From positions 394,704-458,703 of the forward strand of contig CAVZOL010000009.1 in NCBI GenBank assembly GCA_963776895.1: a stretch of 64,000 nucleotides of DNA, read 5' to 3'. The stretch comes from Ignavibacteriota bacterium. GTDB lineage: Bacteria > Bacteroidota > Ignavibacteria > Palsa-1295. This document shows, piece after piece, positions 35,961 to 46,662 of the stretch. Within the stretch, counting starts at the first letter, position 1, and every line of letters begins with the position of its first letter. The notes under the pieces are model-generated. The model searched no databases. It was given only the letters and a program-made list of their open reading frames with translations, and had not been told where the DNA came from. Both the position numbers and the translations under genes were made by a program.

Positions 35961-38480
35961 TTATCCCCCAAATATACTCCCCTGCTCCGCTTCTGGTGCA
36001 GGTGGCGTGGGTTTCTTACCTAAAGTGGCTTCGGCTTCGTCAATTTCCTTGTCTTCATCGGCGGGAACGTTTGCGACGGCGGCGAGGCGGTCGCCTTCGT
36101 TGAGGCGGACTACGCGGACACCCTGGGTGTTGCGGCCCATCACGCGGATCTCCGCAACATGCTGGCGAATGACGAGGCCATCCTTCGTTACACAGATGAG
36201 ATCGTCGTTATCCACGACTTCCTTCATCGCAACGAGCTTGCCGGTTTTTTCTGTGGCCTTCATCGTGATAACGCCTTTGCCGCCGCGGCGCGTGAGGCGG
36301 TAATCCGAAACTTCACTGCGTTTGCCGTAACCTTCTTCGCTAACCACAAGCACCGTAGTTCCCGAACGGCTTGGCGCGATAATACCGATGACGCGGTCGC
36401 CTTCATCCAAGCGCACGCCGCGCACACCGGCGGCGGTGCGGCCCATATCGCGCACGTCTTTTTCATTGAAGCGGCAGGCCATTCCTTCGTGCGTTCCAAT
36501 GATGATCTCCTGTTGGCCGTTGGTGAGACGGACATCTTTCAGTGAATCCTTATCTTCGAGGGTAATGGCATGAACGCCACCACGCCGAATGTTACTGAAC
36601 GCGGAGAGCACCGTCTTTTTAATGGTTCCAAACTCGGTGACCATGGTAACGAAATGCGCTTCATCGAATTGCTTGACGTTGATGAACGCGGTAATGCGCT
36701 CTTCCGGCGGTTTTTCAAGCAAGTTGGCAATGGAGCGTCCCTTTGAGGTACGCCCGGCTTCGGGAACTTCATGTACCTTCAGCCAATAGCAGCGGCCGCG
36801 ATCGGTGAAGAACATGATATAATGATGCGTCGATGCGATAAACATGTGCTCCAAGAAATCATCCTCGCGCGTAGCAGCGCCGGTAATCCCCTTGCCGCCG
36901 CGTCCCTGCCTGCGATAGCCCGAAACTGGGAACCGCTTGATGAATCCACCGTGGGAGATCGTTACCACGACATCTTCTTCCGCGATCATATCCTCGATCG
37001 TGAAATCTTTCGTATCATAGACGATCTCAGTGCGGCGCTTATCGCCATACTTAGTACGGATCTCCGTGAGTTCATCGCCGATGATCTTCATCTGAAGTTC
37101 CGGCGAGGCAATGATGGATTTGAATTTCTCGATCTGTTGAAGCAAGTCGCGGTATTCGGCCTGAATTTTCTCGCGCTCCAACCCGGTAAGGCGTTGCAAA
37201 CGCATATCGAGAATAGCTTTGGCCTGAATTTCGGAGAGTTTGAATTGCTTCATCAGCCGGTTCTGGGCTGTTTCCGTATCCTTCGAAGCTCGGATGGTTT
37301 TAATGACTTCTTCGATATTATCGAGCGCGATAATATATCCCTCTAAGATATGCGCACGCTTTTCGGCTTGATCGAGATCGTATTTCGTGCGGCGCAGCAC
37401 AACATCGTTCCGGTGCTCGATGTAGAATTTAATCATCGAGCGGAGTTCCAGCACGCGCGGCACGCCCTTTACCAGCGAAAGCATTATGACGCCGAACGTC
37501 GTCTGCATTTGGGTGTGCTTGTAGAGATTGTTCAGCACTACTTTTGCAATGGCGTCACGTTTTAGTTCGATGACGACGCGCAGGCCATCCTTATCGGACT
37601 CATCGCGAATATCCGAGATGCCTTCGAGCTTTTTATCGCGCACGAATTCGGCCATCTTTTCGATGAGGTTCGCTTTGTTCACCTGATAGGGAAGTTCCGT
37701 CACGATGATCGACTCGCGGTCATTTTTCGAAGTCTCGATCGTTGCGCGCGCGCGCACCAGAACGCGGCCACGGCCAGTGGTGTAGGCATCGCGGACGCCC
37801 TCATAGCCATAAATGATTCCACCGGTCGGGAAATCCGGCGCGGTGATGTGTTTCATCAAGTCCGCGCTGGTGATGTCATGATCTTTAATATAGGCAAGAC
37901 ACGCGCTCACGACTTCCGAAAGATTATGCGGCGGGATATTCGTCGCCATGCCGACGGCAATGCCTGTGGAACCATTAACCAGCAAATTCGGAATGCTCGC
38001 GGGCATGACGAGTGGCTGCTGAAGGGTATCGTCAAAATTCGGGCCGAAATCGACGGTCTCTTTTTCGAGATCGCGCAGCATTTCCATCGCAAGCGGAGTC
38101 ATGCGGGCTTCGGTGTATCGCATAGCGGCCGGCGGATCGCCATCGACGGAACCAAAATTGCCCTGACCCTGCACTAAGGGGTAGCGCATCGAAAAATCCT
38201 GTGCCATGCGGACGATGGTGTCATACACAGCCACGTCACCATGCGGATGGTACTTACCGAGCACTTCGCCAACCACGCGCGCGCTTTTCTTGTACGGGCG
38301 GTTCGGTCCCAACCCCAGCTCGTTCATGCCATAGAGCACGCGGCGGTGAACGGGTTTCAGTCCATCGCGCACATCCGGCAATGCGCGCGATACGATAACG
38401 GACATCGAATAATCAATGTACGAATCGCGCATTTCATCTTCAAGCTGACGGGGGGAAATCTTTTCGGTAATAGTGGCCAT
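35961..38480 (-). CDS. gyrA: DNA gyrase subunit A
   Basis: [18 protein letters not shown]...[28 protein letters not shown]..., 839 aa. Confidence 0.97.
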   Translation of the reverse strand: MATITEKISPRQLEDEMRDSYIDYSMSVIVSRALPDVRDGLKPVHRRVLYGMNELGLGPNRPYKKSARVVGEVLGKYHPHGDVAVYDTIVRMAQDFSMRYPLVQGQGNFGSVDGDPPAAMRYTEARMTPLAMEMLRDLEKETVDFGPNFDDTLQQPLVMPASIPNLLVNGSTGIAVGMATNIPPHNLSEVVSACLAYIKDHDITSADLMKHITAPDFPTGGIIYGYEGVRDAYTTGRGRVLVRARATIETSKNDRESIIVTELPYQVNKANLIEKMAEFVRDKKLEGISDIRDESDKDGLRVVIELKRDAIAKVVLNNLYKHTQMQTTFGVIMLSLVKGVPRVLELRSMIKFYIEHRNDVVLRRTKYDLDQAEKRAHILEGYIIALDNIEEVIKTIRASKDTETAQNRLMKQFKLSEIQAKAILDMRLQRLTGLEREKIQAEYRDLLQQIEKFKSIIASPELQMKIIGDELTEIRTKYGDKRRTEIVYDTKDFTIEDMIAEEDVVVTISHGGFIKRFPVSGYRRQGRGGKGITGAATREDDFLEHMFIASTHHYIMFFTDRGRCYWLKVHEVPEAGRTSKGRSIANLLEKPPEERITAFINVKQFDEAHFVTMVTEFGTIKKTVLSAFSNIRRGGVHAITLEDKDSLKDVRLTNGQQEIIIGTHEGMACRFNEKDVRDMGRTAAGVRGVRLDEGDRVIGIIAPSRSGTTVLVVSEEGYGKRSEVSDYRLTRRGGKGVITMKATEKTGKLVAMKEVVDNDDLICVTKDGLVIRQHVAEIRVMGRNTQGVRVVRLNEGDRLAAVANVPADEDKEIDEAEATLGKKPTPPAPEAEQGSIFGG

Positions 38481-38504
38481 GTTTTGGAGTGGATGGGAAT
38501 GTCT

Positions 38505-38700
38505 GAACCATGATTTGGGGCGATTATTTAGATTAAGGAGATGCGAAAGTTAGTTGTCATTCCCGCGAAAGTAGGAATCCAGACCTTAATGGAAACACAC
38601 CTTATGGATTCCCGCTTTCGCGGGAATGACATAGAAAAATGTGCTTGAAATACAAAAAATCATCTTCGTTAATCTCTGAAATCGCCCCAAATCATGGTTC
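38505..38700. repeat. 196-bp nested inverted-repeat element upstream of gyrA
   Basis: Perfect 20-bp terminal inverted repeat: gaaccatgatttggggcgat (38505-38524) with atcgccccaaatcatggttc (38681-38700). The inner arms are gtcattcccgcgaaagtaggaatcca (38556-38581) and tggattcccgctttcgcgggaatgac (38605-38630). Confidence 0.85.
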
Positions 38701-38777
38701 GTTTTTGGGGTTGTTGGATAACGAAATTACGGGACGATTAAGTCCATTTTTTGCGAGAAAATAAGGGATATTTGAGA

Positions 38778-39134
38778 CTATTTAACATATCCTTTTATCA
38801 TGTCGGATATTTGGGGCAACAGGAACATAACGCTCGCATCGATATCCACGCGAGGATAGGTGCGGTCAATACAATCTTCGCCGAACGCTTGGTGAATTGC
38901 GTCGATGGGAAATGGCGAAGACTCAATGCTTTCAGCACCCTCCCCTTGCACAGAAAACCAATAGATGAATTCCTCATCGCCAATCTTCTCCCGGAAGATA
39001 GCTTCGACATACATCTTCTCGCGTTCGAGCGTTTCAAGGCACTCGGCTTTACGTGCATTCAGTGTGGCATGCCACTCATCGACGCGCGCGGACATTCCAG
39101 GTTTGATGCGGAAACGGGTGAGTTCGGTTTTCAT
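38778..39134 (-). CDS. DUF6176-like small protein
   Basis: MKTELTRFRIKPGMSARVDEWHATLN...EKMYVEAIFREKIGDEEFIYWFSVQGEG. The start is trimmed to the ATG at 39134. Confidence 0.5.
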   Translation of the reverse strand: MKTELTRFRIKPGMSARVDEWHATLNARKAECLETLEREKMYVEAIFREKIGDEEFIYWFSVQGEGAESIESSPFPIDAIHQAFGEDCIDRTYPRVDIDASVMFLLPQISDMIKGYVK

Positions 39135-39357
39135 AGGTATGTTACGGGAAATGTAAAACTGTTCTAACGTAAAAATCCATACAATATTTTTTGTAAGCCT
39201 GAGTATCGAGTACAATGGCAAAGGATAGCCAATGAACCTCCAATGCCGTTTTGCCTCGCAATCGGCTTGCAACTTCGCATGCAAGCGCGTGATCGACAAC
39301 GGGCAGCAATCCGCAAAATAGAAAAAAAGGGGATGAGGTAAAAAAAATCAGAACCCG

Positions 39358-39385
39358 ATGTAACTTTTGGGGTATCTGCCGTGTC
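39358..39385 (+). promoter_or_regulatory. Conserved 28-nt upstream motif (copy 1): atgtaacttttg-N9-ccgtgtc
   Basis: The same motif with the same internal spacing occurs at 41821-41848 and 50313-50340. aacttttg resembles the FCB -7 box TAnnTTTG. Confidence 0.35.
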
Positions 39386-39441
39386 ATTCGGTGGGATACC
39401 CTATCAATTTTGAGTTTTTTAACCCATTTTTTAAGAAATCC

Positions 39442-41781
39442 ATGAAAAACTACTACCGAATAATCGCAACCATAGCGACCATTACGCTGGCTTCCATAAT
39501 CCATTCAACGGCAACCGCTCAAACATCGCCGACTATCTCCTACCAAGGCGTGCTCCAGAATAACGGCACGCTCATGAACGGCACCGACACCCTGAAAATC
39601 CTAATTTATGACGTGGAAACAGGAGGGTCGCCACTGTACTCCGAAACGCAAACCGTCGATGTGGTTAACGGGATTTATAATCTTGCGATCGGCAGCGTAA
39701 CGCCGCTTTTACCTACGCTCAATTTTACAAAACAATATTATCTCGCGGTTTCCGTGAACGGAGCGCCGGAACTATCTCCGCGTTCTGAGGTAAGTTTTGC
39801 ACCGTATGCATTCCGCGCGCTGAATGCCGACACGGCAAGCTTTGCTGCTACAGCCACAATAGCAAAGGGCGTTTCAGGCGGCGTCGTAACAAGTATTAAT
39901 GGATTTTATGGTTCACTGTCCCTCTCAGGGGCGGATGGAATTACGGTCGCCAATAGTGCAGGGAATCTTACCATTGGCAATAACGGGGTGCAGTCTGTAA
40001 ATACTGCCGGCGGAAAAGTTACACTCGTTGGTTCAGGCGGAACGACCATCGCCGATACGGGAAATGTCGTCACTATTCATTCCCAAACCTTCACCGGCGG
40101 CACAGGGATTCAGGCGGTACAAAATTCCGATAGTTCCATTACCATTGCCAACGGCAGCGGTCCAATCGCAACTTTGTCTATCGGGAAGCAAAATGCTGAC
40201 ACCGGTCAACTCCTCGTATGGAATGGCTCGGCGTGGAGACCTGCGTCCCTTTCTGACTCTCTGCTTCTGGATTCGATCAAAGATCTGCGAGATGCCCGCG
40301 ACGATGGTTCCAGCGTGTATTTGGGCGCGGGTTCCGGCGTCAATAATTCCGGTAAGAACAGCAATGTGGCATTGGGGATACTGGCGCTTCATTCGAATAC
40401 TACAGGTAATGGTAATACCGCTATCGGAGATAGCGCTCTTTTTTCGAATACCGGTAGTTTGAATGTCGCTGTGGGGTGGCACGCGCTCTCTATGTTTAAT
40501 GGCGGGTCTGCGAATCAAATTAACCAAGATGTCGCTGTCGGTGCCGGGGCATTGCAAACGGGAGAAGCAGCTGGAAGTACGGCCATTGGGTTTCAAGCCT
40601 TGAATTCTAATTCCGGCAGTTTGAACACTGCTTGTGGTTTCCAAGCTATGGCTAATGGTGATAGCGGCGGATATAACTCGGCGTTTGGATCTTGGTCTCT
40701 TCAACGGATTAACGGAGGCAACCAGAACGTGGCAATCGGGTACTCATCGATGCAATTTAGCGTGACAGCTACAAATAATGTCGCGGTAGGTACTATTGCT
40801 TTGTCAGCTTGCTATGCAGGCAACGCGAATACTGCAATGGGATTTGAGGCTGCGGCTAGTACTGATTCAGGGTCATCTAATGTCGCAGTCGGGGTGGAGG
40901 CTTTAAATCACAATATTTCACGCTCCAATCTTGTTGCCGTTGGGGATTCAGCCTTATATTGGTGCGATTGGTTATACTCTCGGCACGGCGATGCGCTGGA
41001 TAGCGCTACCGCGAACACAGCAGTAGGTTCGGGGGCATTATTTTCGGATACCTCTGGCGCATACAATACGGCGATGGGGTATCAGTCCCTTTATTCTAAT
41101 ACCATTGGTTACCGCAATACGGCATTCGGAAATGTTGCATTATATCAGAATACAACTGGGAATGATAATACCGCCATTGGCGATGCCGCCGGGCCAACAG
41201 CGGCAAACCTCAACAACACAACCACGCTTGGCAGTGGGGCGGTAGCAGCAGCAAGCAATTCGGTAGTGCTTGGGAACAATGCTGTCACTTCGCTGTATTG
41301 CCAGGGTGCTTATGCTGCAACAACGGCCAATTCTGCAAATATGGTGGTAACTTCGAATGGGCAAATTATGCGCAGCACTTCATCGGCACGGTATAAAACC
41401 GATATTCACGATCTGGATATAAATACGGATAAGTTGTACGATCTGCGTCCCGTTAGCTACATTTCAAAAATAGATGGCAAACCGTATTTCGGCCTTGTCG
41501 CAGAAGACGTTGCGAAAGTAATTCCCGATCTCGCCGAATATGCGCGCGCGAAAGATGTGATCCCCGGTTCCACATCCGAAGAACTCATTCCAGACGCAGT
41601 GAAATACCCGATGCTTTCGGTACTGTTGCTGGAGGAGTTGAAGAAAGAACATGCGAAGGAGGAGGCTCAGGAAATGCAGGCGGAATCGGAGGAGTCTCAG
41701 TTAGCATCTCAGGCAAAAATAATCGCTGATCTGGAAAAACGCATGGATGCGCTGGAAGCTTCGCAAGAGCACTCGCGCTGA
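39442..41781 (+). CDS. Secreted phage-tail-fibre-like protein with a C-terminal intramolecular-chaperone (peptidase S74-like) domain
   Basis: Signal peptide, NTA(I/M)G..AL head-like repeats, and the C-terminus SSARYKTDIHDL...LYDLRPVSY...YFGLVAEDVAKVIPDL followed by a coiled coil. Confidence 0.75.
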   Translation: MKNYYRIIATIATITLASIIHSTATAQTSPTISYQGVLQNNGTLMNGTDTLKILIYDVETGGSPLYSETQTVDVVNGIYNLAIGSVTPLLPTLNFTKQYYLAVSVNGAPELSPRSEVSFAPYAFRALNADTASFAATATIAKGVSGGVVTSINGFYGSLSLSGADGITVANSAGNLTIGNNGVQSVNTAGGKVTLVGSGGTTIADTGNVVTIHSQTFTGGTGIQAVQNSDSSITIANGSGPIATLSIGKQNADTGQLLVWNGSAWRPASLSDSLLLDSIKDLRDARDDGSSVYLGAGSGVNNSGKNSNVALGILALHSNTTGNGNTAIGDSALFSNTGSLNVAVGWHALSMFNGGSANQINQDVAVGAGALQTGEAAGSTAIGFQALNSNSGSLNTACGFQAMANGDSGGYNSAFGSWSLQRINGGNQNVAIGYSSMQFSVTATNNVAVGTIALSACYAGNANTAMGFEAAASTDSGSSNVAVGVEALNHNISRSNLVAVGDSALYWCDWLYSRHGDALDSATANTAVGSGALFSDTSGAYNTAMGYQSLYSNTIGYRNTAFGNVALYQNTTGNDNTAIGDAAGPTAANLNNTTTLGSGAVAAASNSVVLGNNAVTSLYCQGAYAATTANSANMVVTSNGQIMRSTSSARYKTDIHDLDINTDKLYDLRPVSYISKIDGKPYFGLVAEDVAKVIPDLAEYARAKDVIPGSTSEELIPDAVKYPMLSVLLLEELKKEHAKEEAQEMQAESEESQLASQAKIIADLEKRMDALEASQEHSR

Positions 41782-41820
41782 GCGGGTGCCATCGTCCCAT
41801 CACATTTTTTTCGCACACTA

Positions 41821-41848
41821 ATGTAACTTTTGTAATAGCTTCCGTGTC
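41821..41848 (+). promoter_or_regulatory. Conserved 28-nt upstream motif (copy 2)
   Basis: atgtaacttttgtaatagcttccgtgtc, 18 nt before the ATG at 41866. Confidence 0.35.
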
Positions 41849-41865
41849 GTAGCAAGACCAGGAAT

Positions 41866-44800
41866 ATGATTTGTTCGAAGTCTCATCTGCTGTTCCGTAC
41901 CGGCGTTTCCCTCGCTGTTTTTTTCGCGTGTCTTTCCGGTGTGCAGGCGCAGACGTGGACGCAGATCGGAAATTTCCCTGCAATATCTCAGTTTCATTGC
42001 GCGTATTTCTGGGATACAGCGCACGGTGTTGTCGGCGGCGATAACTGCATTTATACCTATAATGCCGGGACATGGACGCAATCGATCTATCCGGAGGCTC
42101 CTGGGTTGATCCAGTCGCTGAGATTACTGGACGGGGTGAACCTCTATGCAGGAAGCGGCCAGACGTGCGTTTGGGAATCGACCGACCGGGGAGTGACCTG
42201 GCAAAAGACCACCGCACTTCTTCCACATGCCGACGATATTTATCTCGGCGCCGATGGCAATGTCCATGGGATGAACAGCCCCGGTTTTGGAATGATGGTG
42301 GGAACGACTTTCGCGCGCAGAAGCGCGCTCTCCTGCGCGGCGGCAAGGGATGCTCCATCTTCTAACTCCATGCTCTATTCCACGGACGGAGGCACTACCT
42401 GGCTGTCATCCGGCTCCTTTCCCTCCGGTTATACGTGCGAGGTGGATACATGCTCCGGATATTTCTATACCGTTTCAGAAGACGGCGATCCAGGATTATA
42501 CGAATCCACCGACGGGGGCATAACATGGGTCAGGACCTGCGATCTCTCGCAGTATGATCCCACCGATATATTTGAAGGCGCAAATATGGGTGTGCTGTAC
42601 CTTCAATGCCCGACAGGAGTGCTGCGCTCGTTTCAAGGTGCAGATTGGACCAGCATCGGCGGGCCGGGCACGAATTTCGGCGACCATCGAATGTTCTCGT
42701 TCGGTCCCGACAGCCGCTATTTGATCGCATTCGATAGTGGCCAGGTTTGGTTGTGGAGCGGAGGAACCCTCCCCATACCGAATCCGATCGTTTCGATGAG
42801 TATCCAGCCTTCCGGCTGCGAGTTCACCCATGCAACGCTCGGTCTATTTTGGACCGGATTCGAGGATACGCTGCATATTCATGCCACTGCGACGGCTGGT
42901 GCAACGATCTTCCCGCAGGACACGACGCTCGTGCATGCAACGGATAGCAGCACACTGCCGGATAGTTTTCCCATCGTCTTTCAGATCCAGATACCGTACG
43001 GCCAGGACAGCGCAACGTTTTCCTTCGACGATTCTACGTGGCCGGGAACGGCCTGTTATCCTTCTATGGCCTGGGATACCTCGTTCCTCTTTCGGAACGA
43101 ACCGAATAAACCAACCCTCGTCTTTCCTCACACGATCGAACAGAGCTACTGCCAGCCAGGAATCGTTCCGCTTATCGTGACAGCCGATTCGTGCAACACG
43201 TTCGTGATCGGCTCGATCCAGATCCACGCGACCGGGGGTACGTTTGCAGTGGAAGGACCACTTCCCGACAGCATCGCTCCTAACCGGCGCGATACGCTCT
43301 GGATCACCGACAGCGCTGCAACAGGCCGGGAACTTTCAAGCAACGGTTTCGATCGCCGGCGCGTCGTATCCATCCGCTCAGAACTTCGATACGACGCTAT
43401 CGATCACGATCGACAATACCGGCCATGAGGAAATTACCGCGATCACGTTCCCGGATAGTTCACACCTGCCCGTCTGCAACGATACCAGCCTGCCATTGGC
43501 GATCCAGACTTCCCCCTGCGACACGGTACGGATCGATTCCATTGCATTTCACGCCACGAACGGCTCGTTCTTGCTCAATCCCCGGCCACCGGAACTTATA
43601 CTGCCCGGGACATGGGACACCTTTTGGGTAACGCCGACGGATCTAAGCCCGGGACTTCATACTTTTTCGGTCGAGGTGTTTGGATATATCTATTCCACCG
43701 GTAAGCGGTACGATACCGTTCTTTCCGCCGCCGTCAAGACCGGCAGCGCGGAAAGTATCGACGTTACGTTCCCGGATAGTACCACGCTGCTCGTCTGCAA
43801 CGATACCAGTCTCCCGCTTTCGATCCTTTCGCTCTCGTGCGATACAGTTCGCATCGACTCCATCGAATTTCATGCGAGCGATGGTTCGTTTTCGCTCGAC
43901 CACAAGCCGCCGGACCTTCTTTTGTCCGGCAAACGGGACACGTTTTTGGTAACGCCGACCAATCTCAGCGCAGGCCCGCATACGGTTTCCATACAGGTCT
44001 TTGGGTATGTTTATGCTTCGGGCAAGCCCTACGATACGACACTCTCGGTCGTGATGACCATTTCGCGAGGTACGCGGCCCTTTCTTACGTTCACCAATAC
44101 CGAAAAAGTGTTGACATGTGCCACTTCCGAGTTCCCACTTTCCATCCTGGGATCGCCCTGCGATACCTTTCAAGTGGACTCGATCACCTTTCAGGATACC
44201 AGCCAGGCCTACTCACTCAGTCCTGTGCCTCCGGCAACGGTATTCCCCGGCGCGGAAGATACCTTCTTGGTATCGGTGGATCCGTCTGTGCCCGGTTCCT
44301 ACTTCGGAACCATTCAGGTCTATGGACATTTGAATTCGTCGAATATGGCGGTCGATACCACATTCGTGATTTTCTACACTGCGGTTCCTGACCGGTCGGT
44401 GCCGAGGGCGGTTGCCCGAAATCTTTCACTTTCGAACTGCAGGGAATCCAGCATCCCCATCGTGTTGCAAGCCGATCCGTGCGACAGCGTGGAATTCACC
44501 GGTTGTACCTTCACCTGGAGCAGCCCGGTACATTATTCGAGCGATCTGACGCTTCCTCTCGATCTTTCGCCTGCAGGAGCGTCCGATACTACCTACCTTA
44601 CGATCCCACCGCAAAGCCTTTCCGGGGTGTATATTCTTACAGCCGTCATTCAGGGGAAGTATTTGGGTTCCACTGTTACGTTCGATACCACGATCCAGAT
44701 CCGCGTGACGTTCATCAGCGCATCCAACGCACTTGCCGTTACTGCGAACGGTGTCAACTTCGATTCCGTCAGTATATGCGGCGAAGATTCCGCATCGGTT

Positions 44801-46429
44801 ACGTTCACCAATCTTGGATGCGATACCATTAACGTTACCGGCGATCAAACCGTGTGGCAGCCCGGCTGGAGCGTGACCGACCCGGCGTTCCCGTTCCCGC
44901 TTGCGCCCGATAGCAGTTTCACGGTGGAGATTCATTTCAAACCCGTGAGTTTGGCGCCTGTAAATCAAACGGTGATCTATGGGTTCAACTACCCCGGAGG
45001 CAGCAGCACTTCGCAGTTCTTGTTGACCGGTCAGGCTATTTCCGTAGCTACCAGTCTTGTAGTGAGCGATACCGCATTGAATTTCGGGACGTTCAGCCAA
45101 TGCGTAAACCCGGTTGCGGATTCGGCCCTTACTATTACCATTACCAACACCGGCTGCGATTCGCTGGCTTTGAGCAGTGCATCCGTGTATGGCGGGAACG
45201 GATTTGCACTTGTGAATAGGAACGATACTACGCTTGCTCCCAATGGATCGGCAAGCTTTACAATTTATTTTGCAGATTCGCTTGCCGGAACCTGGAACAG
45301 TAATTTCCATATTGTTGGCACAGGCGCGCATGGGGGTAATACGATCGATACGACGGTTTCTCTTACAGCTATCGTCACACCCGGCTCACGGTCGGCTGTA
45401 ATAAATACTACATCCATTAATTTTGGCACGACATCCACATGCGAGGAGCGCGATTCTTCCGTCACAATTACGAACACCGGCTGTGAGCCGGTCACGATCA
45501 CCGGCAGCGAGTTCTCTTCGCTCCAATTTGCGGATACCAACAGCTTCCCCATAGTTCTCCAGCCGGATAGTTCCGCCACATTTCCGATCTTCACGCATCT
45601 CGATACGGCCGGACATCCCGATACGATCGGTGGAACTTTGAATTTCACGATGGATTCCGGCGTGACGGTTCCGAGCGTTACGCTTACCCGCTCGGTTACC
45701 TATCCCGTGGCGTTTTCGCTCTCGCTGGCGTCGGAAAACAGCGCGACCATTCAGGCGATGGTTCCGGTGTATGTGCTGCTGCATGGAACGATACCCAGCC
45801 AGGCCACGGAAGTGGATTTCGATCTCCTCTATAACGACGATCTGCTGAGTTATACCAACGTGCTACAACCTGACATTCTGCCGAACGGCCAACCGACCGT
45901 TCTAAACGGCATCACCGACCGCCCGCTCAAAATGTCGCCGGCAACGAACCGCGATACCATTGCTTCGATTGAGTTCCTGACATATCTCACGAAAACCGAT
46001 AGCACTGCCCTTCAGCTTTCGCATCAGCAATTTGTGGCGGCGGGAGAGATCTCGCCGGTATGCATTGCGATCATAGATACGAACTCGCAGCCTAACCACT
46101 TCACGCTGGAATTCGGCTGCAGCGATTCCATCGTCGTGGCGGCATTGAACGATACTTTGCCGTTTGTTATCGAGAGTATCCAGCCCAATCCGGCGCACAA
46201 TGAGATTACGATCAGCGTGGTGGCTGGCGACCCCGCCAGCCTTCTACAGGTACAGATGTACGATGCGCTGGGGCGGGAAGTGACCACCCCCCAGCCCCCT
46301 CCTATTCCGCTCCGCTCCATAGGAGGGGGAGTTAGGCTCGATGTAACGAACGTGCCATTGGGAATCTATTATCTCCGTTTTTCGTCAGATGGGTATGTGC
46401 AAACCAGGAGCATTGCGATTCGGCGGTGA
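41866..46429 (+). CDS. Very large secreted protein: an N-terminal propeller-like domain, tandem Cys-paired beta-sandwich repeats, a cohesin-like module and a T9SS CTD. There is an apparent +1 frameshift near 43325, splitting it into ORFs 41866..43428 and 43244..46429.
   Basis: Signal peptide. The repeat register continues across the frame change (DTLWITDSAAT / AGNFQATVSIAGAS). The C-terminus is IQPNPAHNEITI...GIYYLRF. Confidence 0.7.
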
Positions 46430-46662
46430 GGGTAATAGATCGTAGGGACGTGCTGCGCACGTCCTTCCCCGGGCAATTAGGAGAACCATTATGATTTACT
46501 TTCAAACCGGAGCGACCGACAGGGGTACACAAAATTCCGTTTGGCATGGCAAGGGGGACTTTTTGAGGTAAAAATGTAACAAATGAGCTTTGCAAGAGTT
46601 ATTTCTGCAAGCGGTGGGTTTAAGTACTCTGTACCCAGTGACTTTTAATAACCTGTAAATCC

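Noticed and set aside
41585-42358. A 257-aa minus-strand ORF. The ORFs at 44426..45331 (301 aa) and 43643..44173 fall in the same category.
   Set aside because: They are antisense to the large secreted-protein gene and are Arg-rich with no recognisable family.
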